Source: Octopus sinensis (taxonomy: Eukaryota). From it: a stretch of 64,000 nt of DNA. The notes beneath the pieces are model-generated. The model did not search any database and was not told the origin of the DNA. It saw nothing but the letters and a program-made list of their open reading frames with translations. Position 1 is the first letter of the stretch; each line of letters starts with the position of its first letter. Positions 14,316-27,855 of this stretch are shown here, in pieces. A program made the position numbers and the translations under genes. Location of the stretch: NCBI RefSeq assembly GCF_006345805.1, contig NC_043007.1:9672001-9736000 (forward strand), written 5' to 3'.

Positions 14316-14609
14316 CAGGGGTTCTTAATCATCTTCGTTTAGGGACCCTTTTTATTACTATTTTACTCTGGTGGACCCCCTATTTTACTTTTCACATGCT
14401 TATTTGCGTAGGTTGAAATATGTAAAATGTCAGAGAAAGCAAACTAGCTGTTTCTTGCAATGCATACCAATATATACATCTAAAGCAAAAAATTTTCAGT
14501 GGACCTTAATATACTATTGTGGCTCTCCCGTTAACTATTTTCTGGCATGGACCTCAAAAAATCTTATATGAACCCTCAGGGATCATATGGGCCCCGGTGA
14601 GAACTACTG
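14316..14609. mobile_element. hAT-type MITE
   Basis: CAGGGGTTCT...AGAACTACTG termini and 8-bp TSD GACTAAAC/AACTAAAC. Confidence 0.7.
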
Positions 14610-15039
14610 AACTAAACATACTATTTTCCTTTTGTATAAATAATTAAGAAACCTAAATTCATATAAATATGAAAGTACATCAGCAAATAAAGGGCTATAA
14701 CTATAATTACTGCCTATCAGAATATTAAAGCTGATCCCTTTCGTATTATACAGTTTATCCTTCTAAATTGTTCCAACGATCAATTTTACAACAGTTCCTA
14801 AAATGTTTCTCCGTGACACTGTATTTAAGACTTAACCTAAGTATGAAATCGTTAATCGATTTCAAGATATTCTTCTTCCCTGTTTTGCGTACCATTCCAC
14901 ATAAACCACCTTAAATGCTCATTTACGACCCCTCAATCACCATTATTTAGTATGTTCTATCTCAAAGTGGTATAATTCTGACTTCATGCGATAGTAGGTA
15001 CCAAAGCACACACACACACATACAAATATATATACATAT

Positions 15040-15112
<73 letters not shown>

Positions 15113-15169
15113 AAATATATATATATTTATAATTATAAATACATACAAAGGTATATGTTTACGTTTGAT

Positions 15170-15983
15170 TTTGATTTTGTCGGCTACTCAGTATAGTAGG
15201 CTCAGTTGGGCACCGTCTAAGAGAATAATAGCACCATTACGTAATTCACTCTCCTAGAAATTTGGAACTGACATGCATTTGGAACTGACTACTTGGCATT
15301 CGCGCAGGAAGTTCCAATGCGAACATTTCAGAGTGTTTGGGTGTCAATCTGAGGAGAGTGCAATCTGAGGATTTAAACCGAGAGTGATAGAAATAAAAAA
15401 CACCCAGTCAACATTATAGCGTTTGGGTTGATCACTAGTGATGGCGATATTATGTTTCCATTCATCTTCCCACACGGCCTCAACTCAACACGCAGGCCTA
15501 CATCAAGTCCTGATGTCAAGAGGGTGGCTGCTGGAAGACCCTATGTCTGGCAACAAGACTCTGCACCAAACCACACAAGCAGGATAACCTAGTCATAGTT
15601 GCCAGACAATTTCTCCGACCACATCACCCCTAACAATCTGGTTACCTATCTCACCAAACCGAAAAACCTTGCTTATTATGTGTGGGGCGCCGTTGAGTGA
15701 GAGAGCAACAAAACTCCTTGTAACACCAAAGATGAACTGAAGGCAAGGATTATGGCAGCATTCAACACTTTCAACAAAGAGACCGTCTAGAAGAGTTTCA
15801 GAAGATTCCAGAGTTATCTGGCAGCCGGGGTTGAAGCCAATGGTGATGTTATTGAATAAATTTACTCTTTAATATTTCAAGATATTGTCATGTAATTTTC
15901 GTAAATATATCTGTTAACATGTGATGTCAGTGTTATTTTCATGTTTGTGTAATTTAAACGACAGTTTATTCACTGCACCCTCT
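15170..15983 (+). pseudogene. Decayed DD37D (maT-type) Tc1/mariner transposon
   Basis: Frameshifted transposase pieces FGLITSDGD, VKRVAAGRPYVWQQDSAPNH and YYVWGAVE..TPCNTKDELKARI. Right TIR CGACAGTTTATTCACTGCACCCTC|TA. Left boundary approximate. Confidence 0.8.
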
Positions 15984-16039
15984 ATATAGACAGAGAGAGA
16001 GAAAGGTAGGAGAGAGACTGAGGAATGGGAGAGAAAGAC

Positions 16040-16071
16040 ATAGATAGATAGATATATACACATAGCCACAC

Positions 16072-16134
<63 letters not shown>

Positions 16135-16155
16135 CAGACAGATAGATAGATAGAT

Positions 16156-16215
<60 letters not shown>

Positions 16216-16510
16216 GGATGGATGGATGGATAGATGGATAGATAGGTAGATGGATGGATGGATAGATAGATAGGTAGATGGATGGATGGATGGATAGAGA
16301 GGTAGAGAGATATAGATAGATGGATAGATAGGTAGAGAGATATAGATAGATGGATATATATATAGAAAGGTATAGATAGATGGATAGATAGATAGAGAGA
16401 GAGAGAGAGATGGTTAGATAGAGAGAGATATATAGATAGATGGATAGATAGAGAGATATAGATACATGGATAGATAGATAGATAGATTGATAGAAGGACA
16501 GATAGATAGA
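16040..16510. repeat. (GATA)n/(GATG)n microsatellite
   Basis: Direct reading. Confidence 0.95.
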
Positions 16511-17514
16511 TAATATTCTTGTATTCATTTAAACAAAATTTATCTCGCTCTCTAACTCTGTTATTTATATAAATGTGCCCGAGTGTTTGATTCGATAATT
16601 GCATAAATTCTTCTGACATTTTCTATATGAGGTTTGTGATAACATGCGCAAATAAGCGTGAGCAAACGGGAAGAGAAAGAGAGACAGCGACAGAGAGAGG
16701 AACTAAATGGAGATTGTGGGAGAATAACAAATCAGATAGATTGCATATGAGAGAGCGGTGGTGGAGCGTGATGAAAAAGAAAAGAGAGCTGAGTGATCAA
16801 CAAATGGACGACAGATATGTATATAGAAAAGGCGAGTAATTCTATTCTCATTCAACAACAGCGTTATTGACTATCATAATGAAGTCAGCCCTGACTGCCT
16901 GCTAAACGAGGACTGTTTGATTAGATGTCCCAAATGAAGACTTACATATACAATTAAATCTATCCCGAAGGCAGAATTTGAAGATGTCTTGAAGAGTGCA
17001 CTGATTAAAATCCTTGTTGAACAATGAGAAAATACCCTTCTTAACATTCGCGCCTTACAGCATTATCATTGGCTTTCATTGGACAAAGGTAATCGCTAAT
17101 ACAATGGCATTTTCAACGTGCTTACAACGTAACGTATGATGCATCGACTGCATATTGATGCCGCCATCTTGAGATTAGCGACTGCATTTTTTTTTTTTTA
17201 TTTTATTTTATTTTTTGTTAACCCTCTTCTCCATTACACTGCTTTCGACTCTAGCAACGCATTTCCATTTACGCTATACGAGCGAATAAATAAACAAGGC
17301 AATAAAGTGAATAAATAAATAAATAAATAAATAAATAATAAATAAATAAATAAACAAACAAACATATAAATAAACAAATAAAGTCTAGTGTGTGTTCTGG
17401 AGTGCCAGAGAAAAGATTTGGAGTGGGAACAGGTTAAATTAGAAATATGGAGAGCATCACATATCATCTTGTTTGTGTAATAATGTTGTTTGTAATTTTG
17501 CTAATTGTTCACTT

Positions 17515-17972
17515 GAATTATTATTATATTATTATTATTATTATTATTATTTATTATTATTATTATTATTATACAGCATCATCATTATTATTATTATTAT
17601 TGTTATTATTATTATTATTATTGTTATTTCATTATTATTATTTTTATCATCATCATCATATTTTATTATGATTATTATTAATTATTTTTTATTATTATTA
17701 TTATTATTACCATTATTATTATCATCATCATTATTATCATTATTATTATTATTATATTATATTATTATTATTTCATCATCATTATTATTATTATCATCAT
17801 TATTATCATATTATTATTATTATATTATTATCATCATCATATCATCATCATTATTGTTATTATTATCATCATCATCATCATTATTATTATTATCATCATC
17901 ATCATCATCATCATCATCATTATTATTATTATCATTATTATTATTATTATCATTATTATTATTATTATTAAT
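17515..17972. repeat. (ATT)n/(ATC)n tract
   Basis: Direct reading. Confidence 0.95.
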
Positions 17973-18324
17973 GGTGATACATTTATACGTTTGTTTTCAA
18001 AATGAATTTGTGTCGAATGGATTATAGAGCACGCGTTGAAGAACAGATTAAATAGTTGGGATTTAGTACTGCTTGCAAAGAACAGAATTAGAGGTTTTGT
18101 GTTTAGTTAAATATCAAAATAGTATTATTGATGTTTTTGTAACTGAGCAGACATTTCGGAGTGTGGAAATACACACGACAAAGGGGGAAAATTTAAGACA
18201 GAATGGCGACCGGAAGACACCGGAAATTAATACAACTGCTGGCAAAATACATGAGATTGAGTGCAATGTTGCCGGGTAGTGGGTAGAGGGTTGCAGTAAG
18301 GTTAGTGCTACTAAAGTCATTATT

Positions 18325-18983
18325 GTCGGTGGTGGTGGTGGTGGTGGTGTAAGCGTTGGTTATGACGGCGGCGATTGCGATGCACGCAGTGGTGGTGGTG
18401 GTGGTGGTGGTGGTGGTGGTATTGATGGTGATTTTGGTGGATTGGAGAGTTGGTTTTCATTTAATGGTCATGCTGAAGGTGGTGTTGCTACGCTCTCTGG
18501 TGGTTGTGATGGTGGTGATTGTGGTGGCGGTGTGGCGGTCATTCTAGTTGAGGGAACATGGTGATATTGGCGGTGGTGATGTTGCTGGTGCACGTAGCGA
18601 CGGAGGTGATGATGGAGGTCGTAGTGATGGTGATGGGTAACATTAGTCATGTTTATCGTACTAGTCATTATCGTGGTGACGGTGGTCGTCGTCGTGGTGG
18701 TAGTGGTGGTGGTGGTGGTGGTGGTGATGGTGGTGGTGGTGGTGGTGTTGGTGGTGATGTTGGTGGTGGTAGTGGTGATGGTGGTAATGGTGCTAATGAT
18801 AGAACTGGTGGTGGTTGCGGTGATGATGATATTGATAATAGTGTTGGTGGTGGTGATGGTGGTGGTGGTAGTGGTGATGGTGGTAATGGTGATAATGATA
18901 GAGCTGGTGGTGGTGGTTGCGGTGGTGATGAATTTGATAATAGTGTTGGTGTTGGTAGTGGTGGTGGTGGTGGTGGTGGTCGC

Positions 18984-19019
<36 letters not shown>

Positions 19020-19483
19020 GGTAGTGGTGGTGTTGGTAGTGGTGGTGGTGGTGGTGGTCGCCGTGGTCGTGGTCGTGGTCGTGGTCGTCGTCGTGGTGGT
19101 AGTGGTGGTGGTGGTGGTGGTGGTGGTGGTGGTGATGGTTGTGGTGGTGGTGGTGGTGTTGGTGGTGATGTTGGTGGTGGTAGTGGTGATGGTGGTAATG
19201 GTGCTAATGATAGAACTGGTGGTGGTTGCGGTGATGATGATATTGATAATAGTGTTGGTGGTGGTGATGGTGGTGGTGGTGGTAGTGGTGATGGTGGTAA
19301 TGTGGTGATAATGATAGAGCTGGTGGTGGTGGTTGCGGTGGTGATGAATTTGATAATAGTGTTGGTGTTGGTAGAGGTGGTGGTGGTGGTGTTGATGGTG
19401 GTGGTGGTCGCCGTGGTCGTGGTCGTGGTCGTGGTCGTGGTGGTTGGGGAATGGTATTGGCGGCAGTGCCGGTGGTGGTGGTA
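18325..19483. repeat. (GGT)n-derived tract with higher-order block duplication
   Basis: Block GGTAATGGTGCTAATGATAGAACTGGTGGTGGTTGCGG recurs ~411 bp apart. Confidence 0.9.
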
Positions 19484-19683
19484 GCTGCTCTGATTGTTTA
19501 TTAGATTTATCATCAGAACTTGCTTTAGCAAATGGGAAAGAGAGAAATGTGTGACAAAAGCAAAAACAACAAAAACGCTATGCCGAACAAACACAAAAAG
19601 AAAGAAAGAAAAAAACACGTATAATTATGTTGAATTCTTCGAAATATTTAAATAACAATACCAGCTGTGGATAGCTTAGTATA

Positions 19684-21190
19684 GATGATGATGATGATGA
19701 TGATGTGAGGAGGAGGAGGAGGAGGGGGACTATGATATTGAGGAGTAGGAGGAGGACTATGATATTGAGGAGTAGGAGGCAAAGGAGGTGAGTGATGATA
19801 GTGATGATGATGATGATGATGATGATGAGGAGGAGGAGGAGGAGGAGGAGGGGGACTATGATATTGAGGAGTAGGAGGCAAAGGAGGTGAGTGATGATAG
19901 TGATGATGATGATGATGAGGAGGAGGAGGAGGAGGAGGAGGAGGAGGGGGACTATGATATTGAGGAGTAGGAGGCAAAGGAGGTGAGTGATGATAGTGAT
20001 GATGATGATGATGAGGAGGAGGAGGAGGAGGAGGAGGAGGGGGACTATGATATTGAGGAGTAGGAGGGGGAGTATGATATTGAGGAGTAGGAGGAGGACT
20101 ATGATATTGAGGAGTAGGAGGGGGACTATGATATTGAGGAGTAGGAGGCAAAGGAGGTGAGTGATGATAGTGATGATGATGATGATGATGAGGAGGAGGA
20201 GGAGGAGGAGGGGGACATGATATTGAGGAGTAGGAGGCCAAGGAGGTGAGTGATGTCGTGTGATGATGATATGATGATGAGGAGGAGGAGGAGGAGGAGG
20301 AGGGGGACTATGATATTGAGGAGTAGGAGGGGGACTATGATAGTGAGGGTAGGAGGTGGGACTATGATTTGAGGAGTAGGAGGCAAGGAGGTGAGTGATG
20401 ATAGTGATGATGATGAATGATGATGAGAGGAGGAGGAGGAGGAGGGGAGGAGGACTATGATATTGAGGAGTAGGAGGCAAAGGAGGTGAGTGATGATAGT
20501 GATGATGGGATGATTTGAGTGAGGAGGAGGAGGAGGAGGAGGAGGAGGAGGATGGAGGAGGAGGAGGGGGACTATGATTTGAGGAGTAGGAGGAGAGACT
20601 ATGATATTGAGGAGTAGGAGGGGGACTATGATATTGAGGAGTAGGAGGGGGACTATGATATTGAGGAGTAGGAGGGGGACTATGATATTGAGGAGTAGGA
20701 GGGGGACTATGATATTGAGGAGTAGGAGGGGGACTATGATATTGAGGAGTAGGAGGCAAAGGAGGTGAGTGATGATAGTGATGAGATGATGATGATGATG
20801 ATGATGACGACGAAGACGATGACGATGATGATGAGAATGAGGACGACGGTGATCATGGTGATGGTCAGGATGATGACGATGATGATGATGATGATGAGGA
20901 GGAGGAGGAGGAGGAGGTAGAGGAAGAAAGGAAGAATGTAGTCGATGATGATGATGATGATTGTGGGGGGTATTGATGATGATGATGGTGGTGGTATTAG
21001 TGGTGGTGATGATGCTGATGTTAGTGATGATGCTGATGTTAGTGATGATGATGATGATGATGCTAGTGGTAGTGGTAGCGGTGGTGGTGGTGGTGATGAT
21101 GATGATGGTGATAACAACGCACGCGATGATGACGACATCGACAATGATGATAATTATCATAATGATAATGATGACCGTGACAATGACGAC
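19684..21190. repeat. GAG/GAT-derived minisatellite (27-bp unit GAGGAGTAGGAGGGGGACTATGATATT plus longer composite units)
   Basis: More than 15 copies of ACTATGATATTGAGGAGTAGGAGG or close variants between 19729 and 20760, flanked by (GAT)n. Confidence 0.9.
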
Positions 21191-21490
21191 GAGAAAAGAG
21201 AAAGGCATTGTTTGAACTAGTAGGGGAGAAATAAAGAATCAGAGAAAGGAAGAGAGAGAAACAAAAGGGGAAGAGAGAGAGGAAACAGTACAGAATAGAG
21301 TTATGCATCATATTATAATATTACCTACCTATTTATTTATAATATACTATATATACACACATATATGATTATATATATATATATATATATATTGTATGTA
21401 TATGTATTGGAGAGAGAGAGCGAGCGAGAGAGAGAGATACATGAGATAAATAGATAGAATGGACGGACAGGTAGATAGACAAACACATAC

Positions 21491-21523
<33 letters not shown>

Positions 21524-21810
21524 TTCATTGAAAGCAAGGGAAGAGATGGCTATAACACGTAGTATTAACATGATTCAAAGTACGTACATATGATCTATAA
21601 AACGAATACCATTGATATTGTACGGTAATTAAAATTTTGTTTATGCTCAGACGAAGTGTATATCTCATGTGCATATATGTTATGTTTCCGTATGCACATT
21701 TCACATGCATGATGACATTTTAAAAGCGGGAGTGAGTGGATTCGTCCGTATAACGAGTAGAGAGTTAGATGTTGTTATGTCACTACGTGTTTGATAGAAA
21801 AGAAACAGTC

Positions 21811-22024
21811 TTTTCTAGTCTAGGCACTTGGCCCGAAATTTTGGGGAGGAGTCCAGTCGATAAGATCGATCCCAGTACGAAACTGGTAGTTAATTTATCG
21901 ACCTCCGAAAAGATGAAAGGTAAAGTCGGTCTCAGCGGAATTTGAACTCAGAACGTAAAGACAGACACAATACCTCTAAGTAGTTCGCCCAGCGTGCTAA
22001 CGTTTCTGCCAGCTCGCCGCCTTT
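21811..22024 (-). mobile_element. SINE family A
   Basis: Single copy with head GGCGGCGAGCTGGCAGAAACGTTAGCAC on the minus strand. Confidence 0.85.
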
Positions 22025-22201
22025 AAGGGAAACAACATATTACTGAGCAAAGGGATCTACTATATCCGTTACAGAGCATGGCTAAAAGCATGTACAAAGT
22101 TAAATGTATGTGAATGTTTGTGCAATGCTTTTATTTTTGTTGGTTGTATCTATCTACTTCATCTATCTGTCAATCTATCTATCTATATATATATATATAT
22201 A

Positions 22202-22503
22202 TCCTTCCCTGCCTGAGGTTACTCTGGTCTTTTCTGTAGGCTTCTGTAAAAAAATAAACCTTGTTTTTTTACATTTATGATATTTTCTGTGATACACTAT
22301 CCCTTTTGATCGCTTTTTTTTAAACACGATCCCTTTTGATCGCTTTTTTTTAAACACGATCCCTTTTGATCGCTTTTTTTTTTAACACGATCCCTTTTGA
22401 TCGGAAATTTATTTTCTCCTCCGTTTTGCCTCTTTTCAAAAAGAAAAACTCTACATTGTATTTTGTCCCCTCTGTGTTCGGCCCTGTGTGGCTAATAAAG
22501 AAA
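22202..22503 (+). mobile_element. Probable LINE 3' UTR fragment containing a 30-bp tandem repeat
   Basis: About 3.5 copies of CCCTTTTGATCGCTTTTTTTTAAACACGAT. Ends TTGTCCCCTCTGTGTTCGGCCCTGTGTGGCTAATAAAGAAA, like the LINE end at 39666. Confidence 0.55.
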
Positions 22504-22665
22504 CTTGTCTATCTATATGTCTTTCGATCTATATATATATAAATGTGTGTGTTGGGGGTATATGTGTATGTAAACCGATGATGGACATATCTACATGTTA
22601 ACTACATATTTTACAAGTAGCAGTCAAATCCCCCTCAAATTACCTCCCACCTCTCTATCTCTCTC

Positions 22666-22723
<58 letters not shown>

Positions 22724-23749
22724 TATATCTATGTATGTATATGTATGTATGTATATGAAAGGTCATTATTTCGATATGCGGTAATGCTTTGTGTTCTTGA
22801 ACAACACACTTCATTTCAAGTTGCTCCAGTCCACTTCAACTGGCGAAAGCGAGTGGTACCTGTATTTCAAAGGGTCAGCTTGTTCCATGCTGTGTCACGC
22901 TGAATCTCCCCGAAAATTGTGTTAAGGGTACGCGTGCATGTGGAGTGCTCAGACACTTGCACGTTAATTTCGCGAGTTAGCTGTTCGGATCAAATAGAAC
23001 GCACGTCGTCGCAATCGACGGAGCGCCAATAGATATGTATGTTCGTGAGTATGTGTACGTACGTGTGTGTGTGTACTTTTGTGTGCGCGTATGTGTAATA
23101 TGCAACTGTATATATGTTTACTATATCTGGGGCTGTATATGATTCGTGGTGTGTGTGGGTGCCTCTGTACGCATATGTGTATGTGTGTATAGGTATCCTC
23201 GTGAGTATGAATGACTGTCTCTAATTCATTCTTTCTCTCTCCTATTCTCTTTCCATTTCTCCTTTCTCTTTCTCTCTCTGCTTCTCCGACCGTGTGAATA
23301 TATCTGTGTGTTTGTGACATCAGTGTCGAAATTACGCAGACACAAATTAAACTGCCAAAATGATAAACAGCCGCCTCCAGTAGTTTTGGTGCCGAGATCG
23401 GAACGCCAAGTTAAGTCATTATCTTGTCTTTCAAGGGCCTGGTTCGTGTCCCCTAACACACTGCAGCTCCTTTGAGTCCCTTCAAATGTCAGTTTCAGAG
23501 GCTCCCTTCATTACGCTAATAATGCCTTAACTAACGCCACAATGCAAAGGAGACCAATATATTTCATTGGACAAGATGGCGTACATATCATGCGATGCTC
23601 AGTGAGCGTCAACCATTGATCAAGAATGGCGGGAAATGACATATTGAAGGAGAGGACAAGTTTAATACAATGTAAAGAAATATATAGATTAATTTATATT
23701 AAAAAAATACAGATAAGTACGCGCACATATACACAATCACACATATGGA

Positions 23750-23802
<53 letters not shown>

Positions 23803-23955
23803 AAATTATATGTAAAGTTATAGGTATATTTATATATTTCAAACATATATGTATATACATATATATACATATATATATATACATATATATATACATTTAT
23901 ATATATATAATATATATATACATATATGTATATATATATAATATATATATATACA

Positions 23956-24004
<49 letters not shown>

Positions 24005-24045
24005 TATACATATACATACATATATAGGTATATGTAGATAGAGAT

Positions 24046-24107
<62 letters not shown>

Positions 24108-24591
24108 CAGACAAACAGATAGATAATTCAATTTATTATATGTAGAATTTCTTAGACTGGAAGACATGTATGACTTTATTTTCATGTGTTTATATGCAAG
24201 CATGTATGTGTGTGTGTGTGTGTGTGTGGAGAAAGACAGCGGGAGAGGGAGAGACGGGGCGGGCGAGAAATCTGAGACAAATTCCATCTTAAATCGAAAT
24301 TTAGAAAGAGAGAATTATTATACGTAAATTATAGAAGCATTTATTGTTGAAAGCAAGACACATTTAGACAGACAGACAGGCGAGTGGTCAAAGAGACAGG
24401 CAGATAGGCAGGCATGTATTTAGGGCATTGATGTAATTCATAGTTAGATTTATACCTAAATATAATGATATATATATGTATATATATATATATATATTGT
24501 ATCAATCTATATACATATATATATATATACATATACATATGTACACTTAGATAAGCATACACAGTACAACACGCACACCACACACGGACGC

Positions 24592-24627
<36 letters not shown>

Positions 24628-25060
24628 TATATATATATATATATGCATACGTCTAATATAATAAATGCGAAAACTAATTTCTGTGTGTTAGTGTGTCACA
24701 CTTAGACATCCTTCACTCACTATTCAATGCCATTCCTACTATTCCTCATGATGGGGTGAGAGTAATGGTAGGCATAGAGACGATGAAGGCCGTGGTGAAG
24801 ACAGACTGAGAAGGAGAGAGAAAAAGAAAAAGAGAGGGAGAGAAAGAGAGATAAAGAAATTTAGGGAGAGTTGATGATGTTTTATTAAAAGTTGTAGTGC
24901 TGATGGTAGCAGTGGGAGTAAGAGTGAGTATATCACTCTTACTCGAGAGAGTAAGAGTGAGTATATCAGAGAGAGAGGGAGATGATGTACAACTTTGTTT
25001 AACTATGTCACTTTGACAGAAATTCCTGTCGTCAACATACTGATACCACAGACATGTAGT

Positions 25061-25427
25061 GGAGGCGCAATGGCCCAGTGGTTAGGGCATAGGATCTCGG
25101 TTTCGATTTCCAGACCGGGCGTTGTGGTGTTTATTGAGCGAAAACCCTAAAAGCTCCACGAGGCTCCGGCAGGGGATGGTGGTGATTCTGCTTTACTCTT
25201 TCACCACAACTTTCTCTCACTCTTACTTCCTGTTTCTCTTGTACCTGTATTTCAAGGGGCCGGCCTTGTCACTCTCTGTATCACGCTGAATATCCCCGAG
25301 AACTACGTTAAGGGTGCACGTGTCTGTGGAGTGCTCAGCCACTTACACGTTAATTTCACGAGCAGGCTGTTCCGTTGATTCGGATCAACCGGAACCCTCA
25401 TCGTTGTAACCGACGGAGTGCTTCCAT
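25061..25427 (+). mobile_element. tRNA-derived SINE family B
   Basis: GGAGGCGCAATGGCCCAGTGGTTAGGGC (A box) and GGTTTCGATTTCC (B box). Body shared with 13244, 35552 and 49834. Confidence 0.85.
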
Positions 25428-25539
25428 CCACCACAGACACACAGACACACACGTATATACAATACACTTTAATTGAAATAAAGTTTCCCCAAAGTTAAAC
25501 ATATAAAATATAATAAATGTGCGTCAACTTTAATAATCC

Positions 25540-26111
25540 TTTCTACTGAAGCACAAAGCCTCACATTTTGAAGGAAGAAATTAAGTTAATTACATCGAGC
25601 CACTACATAACTAGTACTAATTTTATCGGCCCGAAAGGATGAAAGTCAAAGCCGACCTCGGTAGAATTCGAACTCAAAACTTAATGTAGGCGAAATAACT
25701 ATTTCTTTACTGCCCACAAGGAAGCTAAACACAGAGGGGACAAAGAAGGACAGACAAACGGATTAGGTTGATTATATCGACCCCAGTGCATAACTGGTAC
25801 TTATTTAATCGACCCCGAAAGGATGAAAGACAAAGTCGACCTCGGCGGAATTTGAACTCAGAACGTAAAGACGGACGAAATACTTATTTCTTTACTACCC
25901 ACAAGGGGTTAAACATAGAGAGGACAAACAAGGACAGACACACGGATTAAGTCGATTGCATCGTCCCCAGTGCGTAGCTGGTAATTATTTAATTGATCCC
26001 GAAAGGATGAAAGGCAAAGTTGACCTCGGCGCAATTTGAACTCAGAACGTAACGGCAGGTGAAATACCGCTAAGCATTTCGCTCGGCGTGCTAACGTTTC
26101 TGCCAGCTCGC
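25540..26111 (-). mobile_element. SINE family A tandem array (about 3 units)
   Basis: ~182-bp periodic core with a single head. Confidence 0.85.
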
Positions 26112-26239
26112 AGATTTAATAGAATATAATATTATGATATAATAAATGTGAATGTAAGTATGTCAGTGTGTCACACTTTTTCCACTTAACCCTTAGAAGC
26201 TGTATCTCAACATATCATACCATTTTGAAATCAGGCTGT

Positions 26240-26530
26240 CTCCTTGAGTAAATTAAAAAAAACTCCGGAGCGAATCCGAACCGTCAATCCTGAAATTTTG
26301 GATTCCTAAGCTTTCATTACTATGATTGTTTTCGGCGATCTTTTTTACGTGGCTTTTGCGAAAAAAAATTTGTATGATAATTTTTATAATCTAAAGGCCA
26401 GCTCCGTGAGTAAATTAAAAACAAAATGGGCCGAATCCGGACCTGCAATCCTGAAATTTAGGATTCCTATGTTTTCATTACTGCGATTATTTTCGGTGAT
26501 TTTTCACGCGATTTTTTGGCGACGAATATG
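26240..26530. repeat. Diverged ~161-bp tandem duplication
   Basis: TGAGTAAATTAAAAA..CGAATCCG..CAATCCTGAAATTT.GGATTCCTA occurs at ~26245 and ~26406. Confidence 0.8.
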
Positions 26531-27183
26531 ATCGTCATTGGGATATGACTCTGGATGGAGCAGTTGCAACAAATTCTCCTAAACAAGTCAAACATCTGTT
26601 TGCAGATCTTCCAATTCAGGGTCAACTGCCTAAAAGCTATATACTAACTTAAAAGCCGCCTTTGGGGAGGCTTTTAAGCTAGTATATATATACACGTACG
26701 TATACATATTTACGTGTATGTGTGTGCATGTGTATACATTTATATGTGAGTGTATTCATATGTATGTATATGCATGTAGATAGATAATCGTATAGCCAGA
26801 CAAACACATACATAGATGCCTGCGAACATACATACATATATACATACATGCTCTCATACTTTCGATTGTATATACATACACAGGACTATACATCAGTGAA
26901 AACTGCACCAAAGTTGACATTTTCCGTAAGCTAGTAATTTATTTATATTTGCACTCTAAATATTTGTCACACCTGGTTATAATAAAAAAAGTCGACATGT
27001 CGACCTGTAAATCCAAAAATCTATCAAGGAAACACGCGCTGCTTCTGATCTTAGTCTCGAAGAGGGACTGTAGAGCTATGGAAAAATTTTCTAAAATTCA
27101 AAGTGTACTAATTCCTTGTTGCTCTTATCTGATTCCTCGCAAAGAATGCAAAGTATTTGAAAATGAAAGAGATAGAGATAGAG

Positions 27184-27214
<31 letters not shown>

Positions 27215-27239
27215 CATAGATAGATAGATAGATAGATAC

Positions 27240-27271
<32 letters not shown>

Positions 27272-27539
27272 TAGAAGATAGATAGAAGTAGATAGATAGA
27301 TAGATAGAGAGATAGATAGATAGATAGATAGATAGATATATAGATAGGCAGAGAGAAAGACAGACAGATAGATACATACTTATATACATTCATACATACA
27401 TACATACATACATACATACATACATACATACATACATACATACATACATACATAAATACATACGTACATACATATATACGTACATATATACATACATATA
27501 TACATACATAGATGGATAGATACAAACATACATACAGGA

Positions 27540-27572
<33 letters not shown>

Positions 27573-27774
27573 CATAGGGGATATACAGGAGATTTATATG
27601 CGACAAACACTCGTCTCTATTTATCTATCCATCTATCTATCACTCTTTCTGTATATGTGTGTGTGTGTGTGAGCGGAAATGCATACATACACAGACACAC
27701 ACGCGTCACACAGATGCATACATACACACATACATACTTACATACATACATACATACAAAATAATATATATGTT

Positions 27775-27855
<81 letters not shown>

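Noticed and set aside
18558-19618. Gly/RG-rich and Pro-rich ORFs of about 310 aa
   Set aside because: Open on both strands and in several frames because of (GGT)n. The block duplication explains the apparent motifs.
25061-25120. tRNA-like A and B boxes
   Set aside because: These are SINE heads with no complete cloverleaf, so no tRNA genes are called.
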